Shown in pieces: positions 38,639-47,075 of a DNA stretch of 60,160 bases. The notes below the pieces were generated by a model, which saw only the letters and a list, made by a program, of their open reading frames with translations, was not told the origin of the DNA and did no database searches. Within the stretch, counting starts at the first letter, position 1, and every line of letters starts with the position of its first letter. The DNA is from Spirochaetales bacterium. Lineage in GTDB: Bacteria; Spirochaetota; Spirochaetia; JAIPGG01. The DNA is taken from positions 1-60,160 of the forward strand of contig JAIPGG010000006.1 of assembly GCA_021736255.1 (NCBI GenBank). The letters are read 5' to 3'. A program made the position numbers and the translations under genes.

Positions 38639-40447
38639 ATGGCTAATCTATCTGACCTCACAGTCCTTCCCCCACAGAACCGACTTCGGAGCAGACTGCC
38701 GAAGGTTGGAATCCGGCCCACTATCGACGGCAGGCGGGGGGTTCGCGATTCTCTGGAAGAGCAAACAATGGCACTTGCCAAAGCGGCGGCCGGTCTAATA
38801 CAAGAAAACCTGCGGCATGCCTGCGGTCTGCCTGTGGAATGCGTTATAGCCGACTCCACCATCGGCGGTGTAGCGGAAGCCGCCGCCTGTGCGGACAAGT
38901 TCTCTCGCGAGGGAGTAGGTGTTTCTCTTACGGTCACTCCCTGCTGGTGCTACGGATCGGAGACCATGGATATGGACCCCAGCACACCGAAAGCCGTCTG
39001 GGGATTCAACGGTACCGAACGGCCGGGGGCAGTTTATCTTTCTGCGGTTCTGGCCGCTCACAGTCAAAAAGGGCTGCCTGCTTTCAGCATCTACGGGCGG
39101 GAGGTCCAGGACGCAGACGACCATTCGATTCCGGAAGACGTACAGGAAAAGATTCTTCGCTTTGTCCGGGGCGGTCTGGCAGTGGCAACCATGCGGGGGG
39201 CCTCCTATCTCTCGATCGGTTCGGTTTCCATGGGAATCGGCGGTTCTATCGTAGACGCGGATTTTTTCCAGAAACACCTCGGAATGAGAAACGAATACGT
39301 CGATATGTCCGAGATAGAACGACGTGTGCGCGAAGGGGTTTACGATCACCAGGAATACGAAAAGGCAATCGCCTGGGTTCGAGAGAACTGTGCAGAGGGT
39401 CCCGACCCCAATCCTCCGGAAAAGCAAAAAAAACGGAAGGAAAAAGATCAAGACTGGGAATACGTAGTCAAGATGACCCTAATTGCCCGGGATCTGATGA
39501 TCGGCAACCCGAAACTTGCCGAGATGGGATTCGAAGAGGAATCCAACGGGCACAACGCCATCGCCGGAGGCTTCCAGGGGCAGCGGCAATGGACCGATTT
39601 TTTACCGAACGGCGATTTCATGGAGACGATGCTCAATACCTCGTTCGACTGGAACGGAATCCGGGAGCCCTTCGTTTTTGCCACCGAGAACGACTCGCTC
39701 AACGGCGTATCCATGCTCTTCGGTCACCTGCTCACCGGCACCGCCCAGATTTTCTCCGACGTGCGGACCTACTGGAGCCCGGAGGCTATTAAACGAGTCA
39801 CCGGGCAGACCGTCACCGGCACAGCGGAAAACGGCCTGATCCATCTGATCAACTCGGGTTCGACCACCCTCGACGGCACCGGCCGTCAAAGCAAAGACGG
39901 CAAACCCGTAATGAAACCCTACTGGGAAATAACTCCCCAGGATGCGCAGAACTGCCTCGAATCCGCTGTCTTTCCGGCGGCAAACCGAGACTATTTTCGC
40001 GGAGGCGGCTATTCGACCAATTTCCTCACCCTCGGCGGAATGCCGGTTACCATGACCCGGATCAACCTGATCGACGGCCTCGGACCGGTGATTCAGATTG
40101 CCGAGGGGTGGACCGTTACCCTCGAAGAGGATGTACACGAGAAACTCGACAGTCGGACCGACCCGACTTGGCCGACCACCTGGTTCGCCCCGCGCCTTAC
40201 CGGCAGCGGCCCCTTCCGGGATGTCTATTCGGTCATGGCAAACTGGGGGGCCAACCACGGGGCCATCAGTTACGGCCACATAGGCGCAGACATGATCACC
40301 CTTGCTTCCATGCTCAGAATCCCGGTAAATATGCATAATATCGAGGCCGAAAAAATCTACCGACCGAGCACCTGGAGCGCATTCGGCATGGATCTTGAAG
40401 GTTCGGATTACCGAGCCTGCGAAAAATTGGGACCACTGTATAAATAA
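38639..40447 (+). CDS. fucI: L-fucose (D-arabinose) isomerase
   Basis: [56 protein letters not shown]. Confidence 0.97.
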   Translation: MANLSDLTVLPPQNRLRSRLPKVGIRPTIDGRRGVRDSLEEQTMALAKAAAGLIQENLRHACGLPVECVIADSTIGGVAEAAACADKFSREGVGVSLTVTPCWCYGSETMDMDPSTPKAVWGFNGTERPGAVYLSAVLAAHSQKGLPAFSIYGREVQDADDHSIPEDVQEKILRFVRGGLAVATMRGASYLSIGSVSMGIGGSIVDADFFQKHLGMRNEYVDMSEIERRVREGVYDHQEYEKAIAWVRENCAEGPDPNPPEKQKKRKEKDQDWEYVVKMTLIARDLMIGNPKLAEMGFEEESNGHNAIAGGFQGQRQWTDFLPNGDFMETMLNTSFDWNGIREPFVFATENDSLNGVSMLFGHLLTGTAQIFSDVRTYWSPEAIKRVTGQTVTGTAENGLIHLINSGSTTLDGTGRQSKDGKPVMKPYWEITPQDAQNCLESAVFPAANRDYFRGGGYSTNFLTLGGMPVTMTRINLIDGLGPVIQIAEGWTVTLEEDVHEKLDSRTDPTWPTTWFAPRLTGSGPFRDVYSVMANWGANHGAISYGHIGADMITLASMLRIPVNMHNIEAEKIYRPSTWSAFGMDLEGSDYRACEKLGPLYK

Positions 40448-40448
40448 C

Positions 40449-40493
40449 AAAAAGGCCGGTACCGGGAGAACCTCCCGGCGCCGGCCTTTTTTT
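40449..40493. terminator. Bidirectional intrinsic terminator
   Basis: AAAAAGGCCGG..CCGGGAG-loop-CTCCCGG..CCGGCCTTTTTTT between convergent genes. Confidence 0.8.
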
Positions 40494-40507
40494 AACGCGT
40501 GTCCGGT

Positions 40508-41770
40508 TTACTTTATGTCCGGAATATCATGCTCCCCCAGGTCGAGAGGATAGTTTCCATACTCCCGGACCAGCTTCATCACATAATCAAAGCGCTCTCC
40601 CGAGACCGAGTTGGGCACCGAATGGTCCGACATGAAGATCATACCGCCGCCCTTGGCCGCATTGAGTTTCCGGAGGACAGTATTCTTGAGCTGGTCCATC
40701 GGGAGATCGGCCCATTCCATTACGTCCATGTTTCCGCACAATGCGATCTTATGGTCGTATTCACGGCGGAGTTCGATGACATCCAGACCGGATTTCGCCT
40801 CCAGCGGGTTGTATCCGTCGATACCGAGATCGATCATATCGGAGAAAATTTCACGGGAATCGCCGCAGCCGTGATAGATCACGGGAATATTATTGCTGTG
40901 ACAAACATCAACAATATCGGCTACCACCGGTTTGAAGTATTTCCGCCAGTATTCCGGACTAAACATCATTCCGTTCTTGTAAGCCACGTCGCCCCAGATC
41001 ACCATGCCGTCCAGCATGCCGTTCGCCGCTTTTATCTGTCCCTCGGTTATCCCTACCAGGAAATCCCCTACCCGGCGCAGAAATTTTCCGAGCTTCTCCG
41101 GATACAAGCCGATCCACAAAAGCATATTTTCCGATCCGATGATTCTCCACCCCTGTTCCTGGGCCTCGCAGACGCTGCCGTAAACCGGAATATCGGGATA
41201 GAGCGCCTTGACCTGATCCACCCAGGGCGGAAGATCTCGGGCAAAACCATCACCTACCCCTCCGATTTGGTTGTCGCCGCCTGAATAATACCTCCTGTCG
41301 TCGAAGGGATCGTCGAACTCGAACGCCTCCATCTTCTCGATAGTATTGGTGTCGAAATGCACGAAGGCCGGCATCGGATAGGTAAACTTCTTCCGGACAT
41401 GCGCCTCGTAACCGGTTTTGACCAGCACTTCGTCGTCGGTCTGCTTCAGGATCTCGAAGTCTTTGATGTGGGGATCCATGTTCGGAAGGGTAACAATGAA
41501 GTCGAGGTCATAGTATTCATAGATGTCCGTGCCCTCCGGCAGGCCGAGGTCCTCTCTCCACCGCTGCAGGAATTGGCCCCAGAAAAAATCGCTAACCGGG
41601 ACGCGGTCCGGCTCTTCATGGCGGAGGGCCTTGTTCACCCGTTCGAGTTTCTGTTTGGCCTTTTCTGTTCTTTCGGGGATTATGTCGGTACTCCCCTGTT
41701 TGTGTTTGCTGCGAAGAGATTTAGAAATAAACATGCCTTCATCGGTAAAAAAGGGATTGTCGCTAGCCAT
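40508..41770 (-). CDS. URO-D/MtaA-CmuA-like (beta/alpha)8 Zn protein, copy 1
   Basis: EEPDRVP, WGDVA, MFSPE, YHGCG, NPLE, GGGMIF.SDHSV. Confidence 0.85.
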   Translation of the reverse strand: MASDNPFFTDEGMFISKSLRSKHKQGSTDIIPERTEKAKQKLERVNKALRHEEPDRVPVSDFFWGQFLQRWREDLGLPEGTDIYEYYDLDFIVTLPNMDPHIKDFEILKQTDDEVLVKTGYEAHVRKKFTYPMPAFVHFDTNTIEKMEAFEFDDPFDDRRYYSGGDNQIGGVGDGFARDLPPWVDQVKALYPDIPVYGSVCEAQEQGWRIIGSENMLLWIGLYPEKLGKFLRRVGDFLVGITEGQIKAANGMLDGMVIWGDVAYKNGMMFSPEYWRKYFKPVVADIVDVCHSNNIPVIYHGCGDSREIFSDMIDLGIDGYNPLEAKSGLDVIELRREYDHKIALCGNMDVMEWADLPMDQLKNTVLRKLNAAKGGGMIFMSDHSVPNSVSGERFDYVMKLVREYGNYPLDLGEHDIPDIK

Positions 41771-41966
41771 TCGGCAGACCTCCTGAATTGTTCCTCATGG
41801 ATTATTCGGTATTCGTATTAACATAATCCTACCATGAACACGGAAAACTACAATAAAATTTTACTGGAATTTTCTATGTTTTACTAAATTTTACTTTACA
41901 TGGCAGATGCCTGTTGGTACTCTGGAGGAAATCTCTTGTTTTCTGCAGATAATCCGGGAGAGACGC

Positions 41967-43007
41967 ATGAACCAACGACCAACCCTTCGCGAGGTAGCTT
42001 CAAAAGCGGGGGTTTCTCTTACAACAGCATCCCTGGTAATGAACGGCAAAGGGGCCATCTCCGATGATGTACGAACTCTCGTCCGCGAGGCAGCCGCCGC
42101 TCTCGGCTATCATAAAAGCAGCGGCCCCTTTCTCCGTCAGAATGAAAAAAAACGGGCGGGAATTCTCGTTCATACCGATAACCGCTGGGCCTATCTCTGG
42201 CACTTCATTCAGCCGGCGCTCGAGGCCATAGACCGTATTTTGCGCCGCTCAGGCTACCTCACGATCATGCTCCCGGTATACCATGACGACAATCCCAGGG
42301 AGGTGATCGAGGCTGTCCGTCGATCGGGATGCTCTAGTCTTTTTTCCATGTATTACGGCAGCACCGAGGTCTTCTCTTACCTCGAACAGAGAAATATCCC
42401 GGTAGTGACCGCCTTCAACAATGATTTTCAGGACCGGTTTTTCTCTGTATGCGTCGATGATTTTGCCGGAAGCTACGAAGGCACCCTCCATTTGATAGAG
42501 CGGGGTCATCGAAACATTCTCTACTTTGAGTTCGATATACCCGTGCTGCCACTGGTCGTCAGCGACCGGTATATCGGTTTTCAAAAGGCAATGAACGAGC
42601 GGGGCCTCGAAGCAGGATCCGACAGGCGAATTCGTGTGGACATCTCAAATTTTGATGAAATTTTCGAACGGGTCAGACGATGGTTCGGAAAGGAACGGCC
42701 GGCCCGGGCCAGACCGACGGCAATCTTCGCCATGGACGACTACCTGGCCGCCTATCTCCACACCGCCCTCGGAAAACTCGGTCTGAAAGTCCCCCGGGAT
42801 GTTTCGATTATCGCTCCGGGAGATGTTCTGGACTACCGGCATCCCTTCACACCGATGATCAGCACCATGCGGATCAACACCTCCCTGATAGGCAAAACAG
42901 CCGCAGAGATGATGATCGAACGGCTGGAAAATAACCCCGGGGAAATACAGGTACTGAAAATCAAACAGCAGCTGGTGGAACGGGGATCGTGCCGAAGCCT
43001 GGCATAA
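41967..43007 (+). CDS. LacI-family regulator (divergent subtype)
   Basis: PTLREVASKAGVSLTTAS, VDDFAG, PTAIFA.DD, VPRDVSI, LVERGSC. Confidence 0.93.
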   Translation: MNQRPTLREVASKAGVSLTTASLVMNGKGAISDDVRTLVREAAAALGYHKSSGPFLRQNEKKRAGILVHTDNRWAYLWHFIQPALEAIDRILRRSGYLTIMLPVYHDDNPREVIEAVRRSGCSSLFSMYYGSTEVFSYLEQRNIPVVTAFNNDFQDRFFSVCVDDFAGSYEGTLHLIERGHRNILYFEFDIPVLPLVVSDRYIGFQKAMNERGLEAGSDRRIRVDISNFDEIFERVRRWFGKERPARARPTAIFAMDDYLAAYLHTALGKLGLKVPRDVSIIAPGDVLDYRHPFTPMISTMRINTSLIGKTAAEMMIERLENNPGEIQVLKIKQQLVERGSCRSLA

Positions 43008-43027
43008 TCACGGCAGACTTCGGCGCC

Positions 43028-43135
43028 CCAATAGACCCAGCGGTACCAATAGACCCAGCGGTACCAATAGACCCAGCGGTACCAATAGACCCAGCGGTAC
43101 CAATAGACCCAGCGGTACCAATACGCTCAGCGGTA
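43028..43135. repeat. 18-bp tandem repeat (VNTR): 5 perfect units plus 1 degenerate unit
   Basis: (CCAATAGACCCAGCGGTA)x5 at 43028-43117, then CCAATACGCTCAGCGGTA at 43118-43135. Confidence 0.95.
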
Positions 43136-44410
43136 CTGGGCTACCGTCTCGTACATCGCAACGATATTCTCCGGCGGAACATCGGGCATGATGTTGTGCA
43201 CGGTGTTGAACACAAAACCGCCGCCGGGCATAAAAACATCGAGCCGCTTCTTTACATGGTCCCGCACCTGTTCAGCGGTACCGGAGTTGAGGACCTCCCG
43301 GGTATCCGCCCCGCCGCCCCAGAAACAGATATCGCCTCCGAATTCCTTCTTGAGACGCTCGGGTTCCATATCGACGGTATTGGTCTGCACCGGATTGAGC
43401 ACGTCGTAGCCGGCCTCCACCAGGTCGGGGATGAGCTTGTAAACCGAACCACAGGAATGCAGAAAGGTTTTCATTCCGCTGTTTTTGTGGACATATTCGC
43501 AGAGCCTGGTGTGGCGAGGTTTGAAGATCTTCCGATAGATCTCGGGAGCCATGAACGGACCGGTGTCCAGCCCCAAATCATCACCGAATCGAAGAACATC
43601 GGCAACATCTCCCACTGTCTCGCAGACCTTCTCGAGACCTGCAAGGTGGACCTCCATCAGGGCATCCAAGAGCCCCTCGACCTTGTCCGGTTCGGTGTAG
43701 ATGTCCATCAGAAAATTGTCCATCCGGCGCAGAAAGGTGCCCCATTCGAAGAGGTTCGATCCGGCAACGATCATCAGCGCCCGGTCGCTGTTTTCTTTTA
43801 GTTTGATCGCTGCATTCCGAAGCTGTTCCCAATAGTCATCTTCTCCTGCATGATCCCAGGGACTGTGCACCATAGCCTGCCAGAGCACCTTGTTCATGGC
43901 ATCCGGCAAATCGTCATAGGAATCAGGATAGCCGTCGATATAAGGGAAATAGGTCTGATCGAAAAAGGTTGCCCCTTTCGGTTTTTTTGCAATCGGAGTG
44001 CCGTCGCCGGCCTTGGCAATAAGCGCCGTTCCCTCCTGTTCGGGATGAAACCAGGCCGGATAATAGGCTTGACTGCCGTCGGACAGCTCGACAGGATACC
44101 AGTCGCTTTCCCTGTTGTTGAACATACGCCCTATATCCAGCACGTCCACGCCGAATCGATCTATCGCCCAGTCTTCCGGCTGAGCGAGTTCCTGAACTAC
44201 ATCATAGACGCGGGTTCGGCTCTCTTCGACACCAAGATAATCGGCAAGCCTGGTGTAGGCAATGGCCGAAATGCCGGAACTCGGCGTGGCACCCAGGTCG
44301 AGAGGCACCCGGTCCGGTTCCCGGTGTTCTATCGCCGATAGGACCCGTTCCCGGGAGGTCATAGCGCCGGCGGCACCGCTGGTGTCGGAATTGCTTGATT
44401 GCTCAGTCAA
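43127..44410 (-). CDS. URO-D/MtaA-CmuA-like Zn protein, copy 2
   Basis: MTSRERV..HREPDRVPLDLG, FGDDLG, FLHSCG, LNPVQ, FWGG, GGGFVF..VHNI, VPPEN. Confidence 0.88.
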   Translation of the reverse strand: MTEQSSNSDTSGAAGAMTSRERVLSAIEHREPDRVPLDLGATPSSGISAIAYTRLADYLGVEESRTRVYDVVQELAQPEDWAIDRFGVDVLDIGRMFNNRESDWYPVELSDGSQAYYPAWFHPEQEGTALIAKAGDGTPIAKKPKGATFFDQTYFPYIDGYPDSYDDLPDAMNKVLWQAMVHSPWDHAGEDDYWEQLRNAAIKLKENSDRALMIVAGSNLFEWGTFLRRMDNFLMDIYTEPDKVEGLLDALMEVHLAGLEKVCETVGDVADVLRFGDDLGLDTGPFMAPEIYRKIFKPRHTRLCEYVHKNSGMKTFLHSCGSVYKLIPDLVEAGYDVLNPVQTNTVDMEPERLKKEFGGDICFWGGGADTREVLNSGTAEQVRDHVKKRLDVFMPGGGFVFNTVHNIMPDVPPENIVAMYETVAQYR

Positions 44411-44732
44411 GGTGGAAGACCTCCTCCATCTCGGCCCACCATTCCCCTTCCTTGCGGGTATCGAGGGGCTTTTGCATGGGCATCATAATGTCCCACCATT
44501 CCTGGGTCTTGGGATGGTCGGCCATCTTCTGCATATCCGCTTCGAAATCATCTCCTACGTATTCCATAAAAGCAAAGAGCATGTTGTCCTTGTGGAAAAT
44601 CGTGTAGTTACGGATATTACACTCCTTAATCTTGTCAGCCACCTCCGGCCAAATATTGTTGTGGTAGCGGACATATTCATCATATTTGTCAGGATCGAGC
44701 CCGATAATCTGTCCGTGTCGTTTTACTGCCAT
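44403..44732 (-). CDS. L-rhamnose/L-fucose mutarotase (RhaM/DUF718 family)
   Basis: EYVRYHNNIWPEV, IRNYTIF, QEWW..M, W..MEEVFHLD. AGGAGG RBS before ATG 44732. Confidence 0.92.
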   Translation of the reverse strand: MAVKRHGQIIGLDPDKYDEYVRYHNNIWPEVADKIKECNIRNYTIFHKDNMLFAFMEYVGDDFEADMQKMADHPKTQEWWDIMMPMQKPLDTRKEGEWWAEMEEVFHLD

Positions 44733-44881
44733 GCCGTCCTCCTTTATCATATTTTAGCAATATTTTACCACGGACACCAAGACAGTCAAGGTTTTTTCGA
44801 ATAATCTCCTATATTCAGCGGTTTTTTCTTGTATTTTTGGTTAATTATGATAAAGTAATGGTTAAATATGGAGCGGATGAG

Positions 44882-45943
44882 GTGAGCGATAACAACGAAA
44901 CCACCCTGGAAGACGTAGCTCGGCTGGCCGGAGTATCCAACGCAACCGCATCATTAGCTCTTGCCGGCAAAGGACGCATCTCTGCTGTCGTCCGGGATCG
45001 GGTAATCGACTCCGCCCGGAGTCTCAATTACCGCCGCGGTCTCGAGAAGATCCAGAAACTCAGGCCCGTCACCGGAAAACTTGCCCTTCTGCTCCAAATC
45101 GACCCCCGGTGGACCTACGCCTGGCCTCTGGTGCAGCCGATTATTGATGCGGTGGATACCGGGGTAAAAAGCAGGGGCTACACGCTGGTCATGGTTCCGA
45201 TCCGAAACGACATGAAACCGGACCGGGTTATCGAAGACGTGAGATCCGTGGAAGCTCAAGGGGTTTTTGCGCCGATCACCGACATACCCGGGCTGTTCGA
45301 CCGGATCCGAGCCGAGAATCTTCCCTTGACATTGATTTTGGACAACAGCCGGCAGGAAGACATCTCCACCGTGGGAATCGACGATTTCCGCGGAGCCTAT
45401 GAGGGAACCAGGTATCTGATTGGTCTCGGTCACCGGGACTTCCTCTATGTAACTACCGGCAGGCCGAATATTCCCCTGATGGCAAGTGATCGCTACGTAG
45501 GATTTCTCAAGGCGATCCATGAACTGGGCCTCGTGCACGATCAGGACCGGGACATCATCTTTCCCATAGAATCCTACAACCTTCTCAAGGATAAACTCGA
45601 AAGGGCGATGAAGACCGGGCGCAGGCCAACCGGTATATTCGCCCTCGATGATGCAGTAGCTCTGCGAACCATTCGCAGCCTGGGAGAACTCGGCTTCTCA
45701 GTTCCCGAAGACGTGTCGGTCATTTCGGTTGGGGACCTGCTCGATTATCGGCAGGACTTTGTTCCTCCGATCACTACCATGCAGATCGACAGCGGCATGA
45801 TGGGAACCCTGGCGGCGGACATGATGCTTCGAAGACTCGATAACCGCGAAGAGGTTGAAAGCGCCCCGGCGGTTTTAAAAACACGCCTCAATCTGCAGGA
45901 ACGGGGCAGCTGCCGTGAAATCACAGAGGAGAAATCGCTATGA
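44882..45943 (+). CDS. LacI-family regulator, paralog of 41967-43007
   Basis: TTLEDVARLAGVSNATAS, RWTYAW (versus RWAYLW), SDRY.GF.KA, GD.LDYR..F.P, ERGSCR. Start uncertain. Confidence 0.92.
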   Translation: MSDNNETTLEDVARLAGVSNATASLALAGKGRISAVVRDRVIDSARSLNYRRGLEKIQKLRPVTGKLALLLQIDPRWTYAWPLVQPIIDAVDTGVKSRGYTLVMVPIRNDMKPDRVIEDVRSVEAQGVFAPITDIPGLFDRIRAENLPLTLILDNSRQEDISTVGIDDFRGAYEGTRYLIGLGHRDFLYVTTGRPNIPLMASDRYVGFLKAIHELGLVHDQDRDIIFPIESYNLLKDKLERAMKTGRRPTGIFALDDAVALRTIRSLGELGFSVPEDVSVISVGDLLDYRQDFVPPITTMQIDSGMMGTLAADMMLRRLDNREEVESAPAVLKTRLNLQERGSCREITEEKSL

Positions 45944-46992
45944 CAAGCAAAGAACGAGTACTCAATTCTTTCGAGGGAAAAATTCCCGATCGGGTACCCC
46001 GCTGGTTCGGAACCTCGCCTGAATTCCTGGAAAAGGCTGAGCGGACTACCGGCCTCGATGAGGAGGGTCTGCGGAAAAAGGTCGGCGATGATTTTCGAAG
46101 AGTATTCGCCGAGTACCGCGGCCCTGAGCACCAACTCTCTGAAGGAGCAACCTGGAGAAGCCCCTTCGGCATCGAACGGGAGGGGCTCGGCTACGGTATG
46201 CCGAAAACCCCGCCGCCGCTTGCTGGAGTACGAACGATTGAAGAGGTAGAGGCCTTCAACTGGCCTGACCCGAACTGGATGGATGTAACGGGTATCCCGG
46301 AACAAGCAGCACCATACCGGGACGAGTACGCAATCCTCGGCGGCGATTGGTCCCCCTATTGGCACGACGTGATCGACCTGACAGGACACGTCGAGCTCTA
46401 CTACATGATATACGACGCACCGGAGGTACTCGAACGCATCTTCGAACGGGTAACCGATTTCTACCAGCAGGTGAGCCGGAACATCTTCGACTACGCAGGG
46501 AACGACATCGACATTTTCTTTATAGGCAACGATTTCGGCGGCCAGACCGGCCCGCTCATGAGCCCCGAACAGTTTCGGAGGTTTCTCCTGCCGTCCATGA
46601 AACGCCTTATCGACCTGGGCCACGGGTACGGCAAACCGGTTATGCTGCACTGCTGCGGAGGCTACCGGGAGTTGATCCCGGATCTGATAGAAGCAGGGAT
46701 CGACGGCCTGCAGGCCCTGCAGCCGGATGCTGCAGGTATGGAGCCGGCGGAACTCAAAAAGGAATTCGGATCGAAAATCGTGCTGAACGGATCGATCGAT
46801 TCCAAACGGGTACTGATCAATGGGCCGAGCCCCGATTTCGTACGAGAGGAAACACGAAAGGTCCTCGAAATCATGCAGCCCGGAGGACGCTACATCGCTT
46901 CGGCAAGTCACGATGCCATTCTGGAAGAAACCCCGGTGGAGAATGTGCTGGCTATGTTCGAGAGCATCGAAGAATTCGGCGCATACAACTAG
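45940..46992 (+). CDS. URO-D/MtaA-CmuA-like Zn protein, copy 3
   Basis: MTSKERV..PDRVP, GNDFG.Q..MSPE, LHCCG, LQP, GGRYI..SHD, TPVEN. Confidence 0.88.
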   Translation: MTSKERVLNSFEGKIPDRVPRWFGTSPEFLEKAERTTGLDEEGLRKKVGDDFRRVFAEYRGPEHQLSEGATWRSPFGIEREGLGYGMPKTPPPLAGVRTIEEVEAFNWPDPNWMDVTGIPEQAAPYRDEYAILGGDWSPYWHDVIDLTGHVELYYMIYDAPEVLERIFERVTDFYQQVSRNIFDYAGNDIDIFFIGNDFGGQTGPLMSPEQFRRFLLPSMKRLIDLGHGYGKPVMLHCCGGYRELIPDLIEAGIDGLQALQPDAAGMEPAELKKEFGSKIVLNGSIDSKRVLINGPSPDFVREETRKVLEIMQPGGRYIASASHDAILEETPVENVLAMFESIEEFGAYN

Positions 46993-47022
46993 TTTTCTAA
47001 GCATTTTCACTATTTTTTTCCG

Positions 47023-47051
47023 TTGCGCACCCATCATCCTCCTGGTATCCT
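47023..47051 (+). promoter_or_regulatory. Candidate promoter of the glycyl radical enzyme operon
   Basis: TTGCGC (47023-47028), 17-nt spacer, TATCCT (47046-47051) with an extended TG. AGGAGG RBS downstream. Confidence 0.5.
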
Positions 47052-47075
47052 ATGTATGAAAGATAGACAGGAGGA

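Noticed and set aside
43028-43135. Possible CRISPR array
   Set aside because: The units are contiguous 18-mers with no unique spacers, and there are no cas genes. It is a tandem repeat.
42989-43801. ORF with a (PIDPAV)n repeat
   Set aside because: It is the VNTR translated on the + strand and then runs antisense to a well-supported URO-D gene.
40508-46992. Calling the URO-D-like genes hemE
   Set aside because: There are three divergent copies with HxC metal motifs in a sugar context, and no heme pathway genes.
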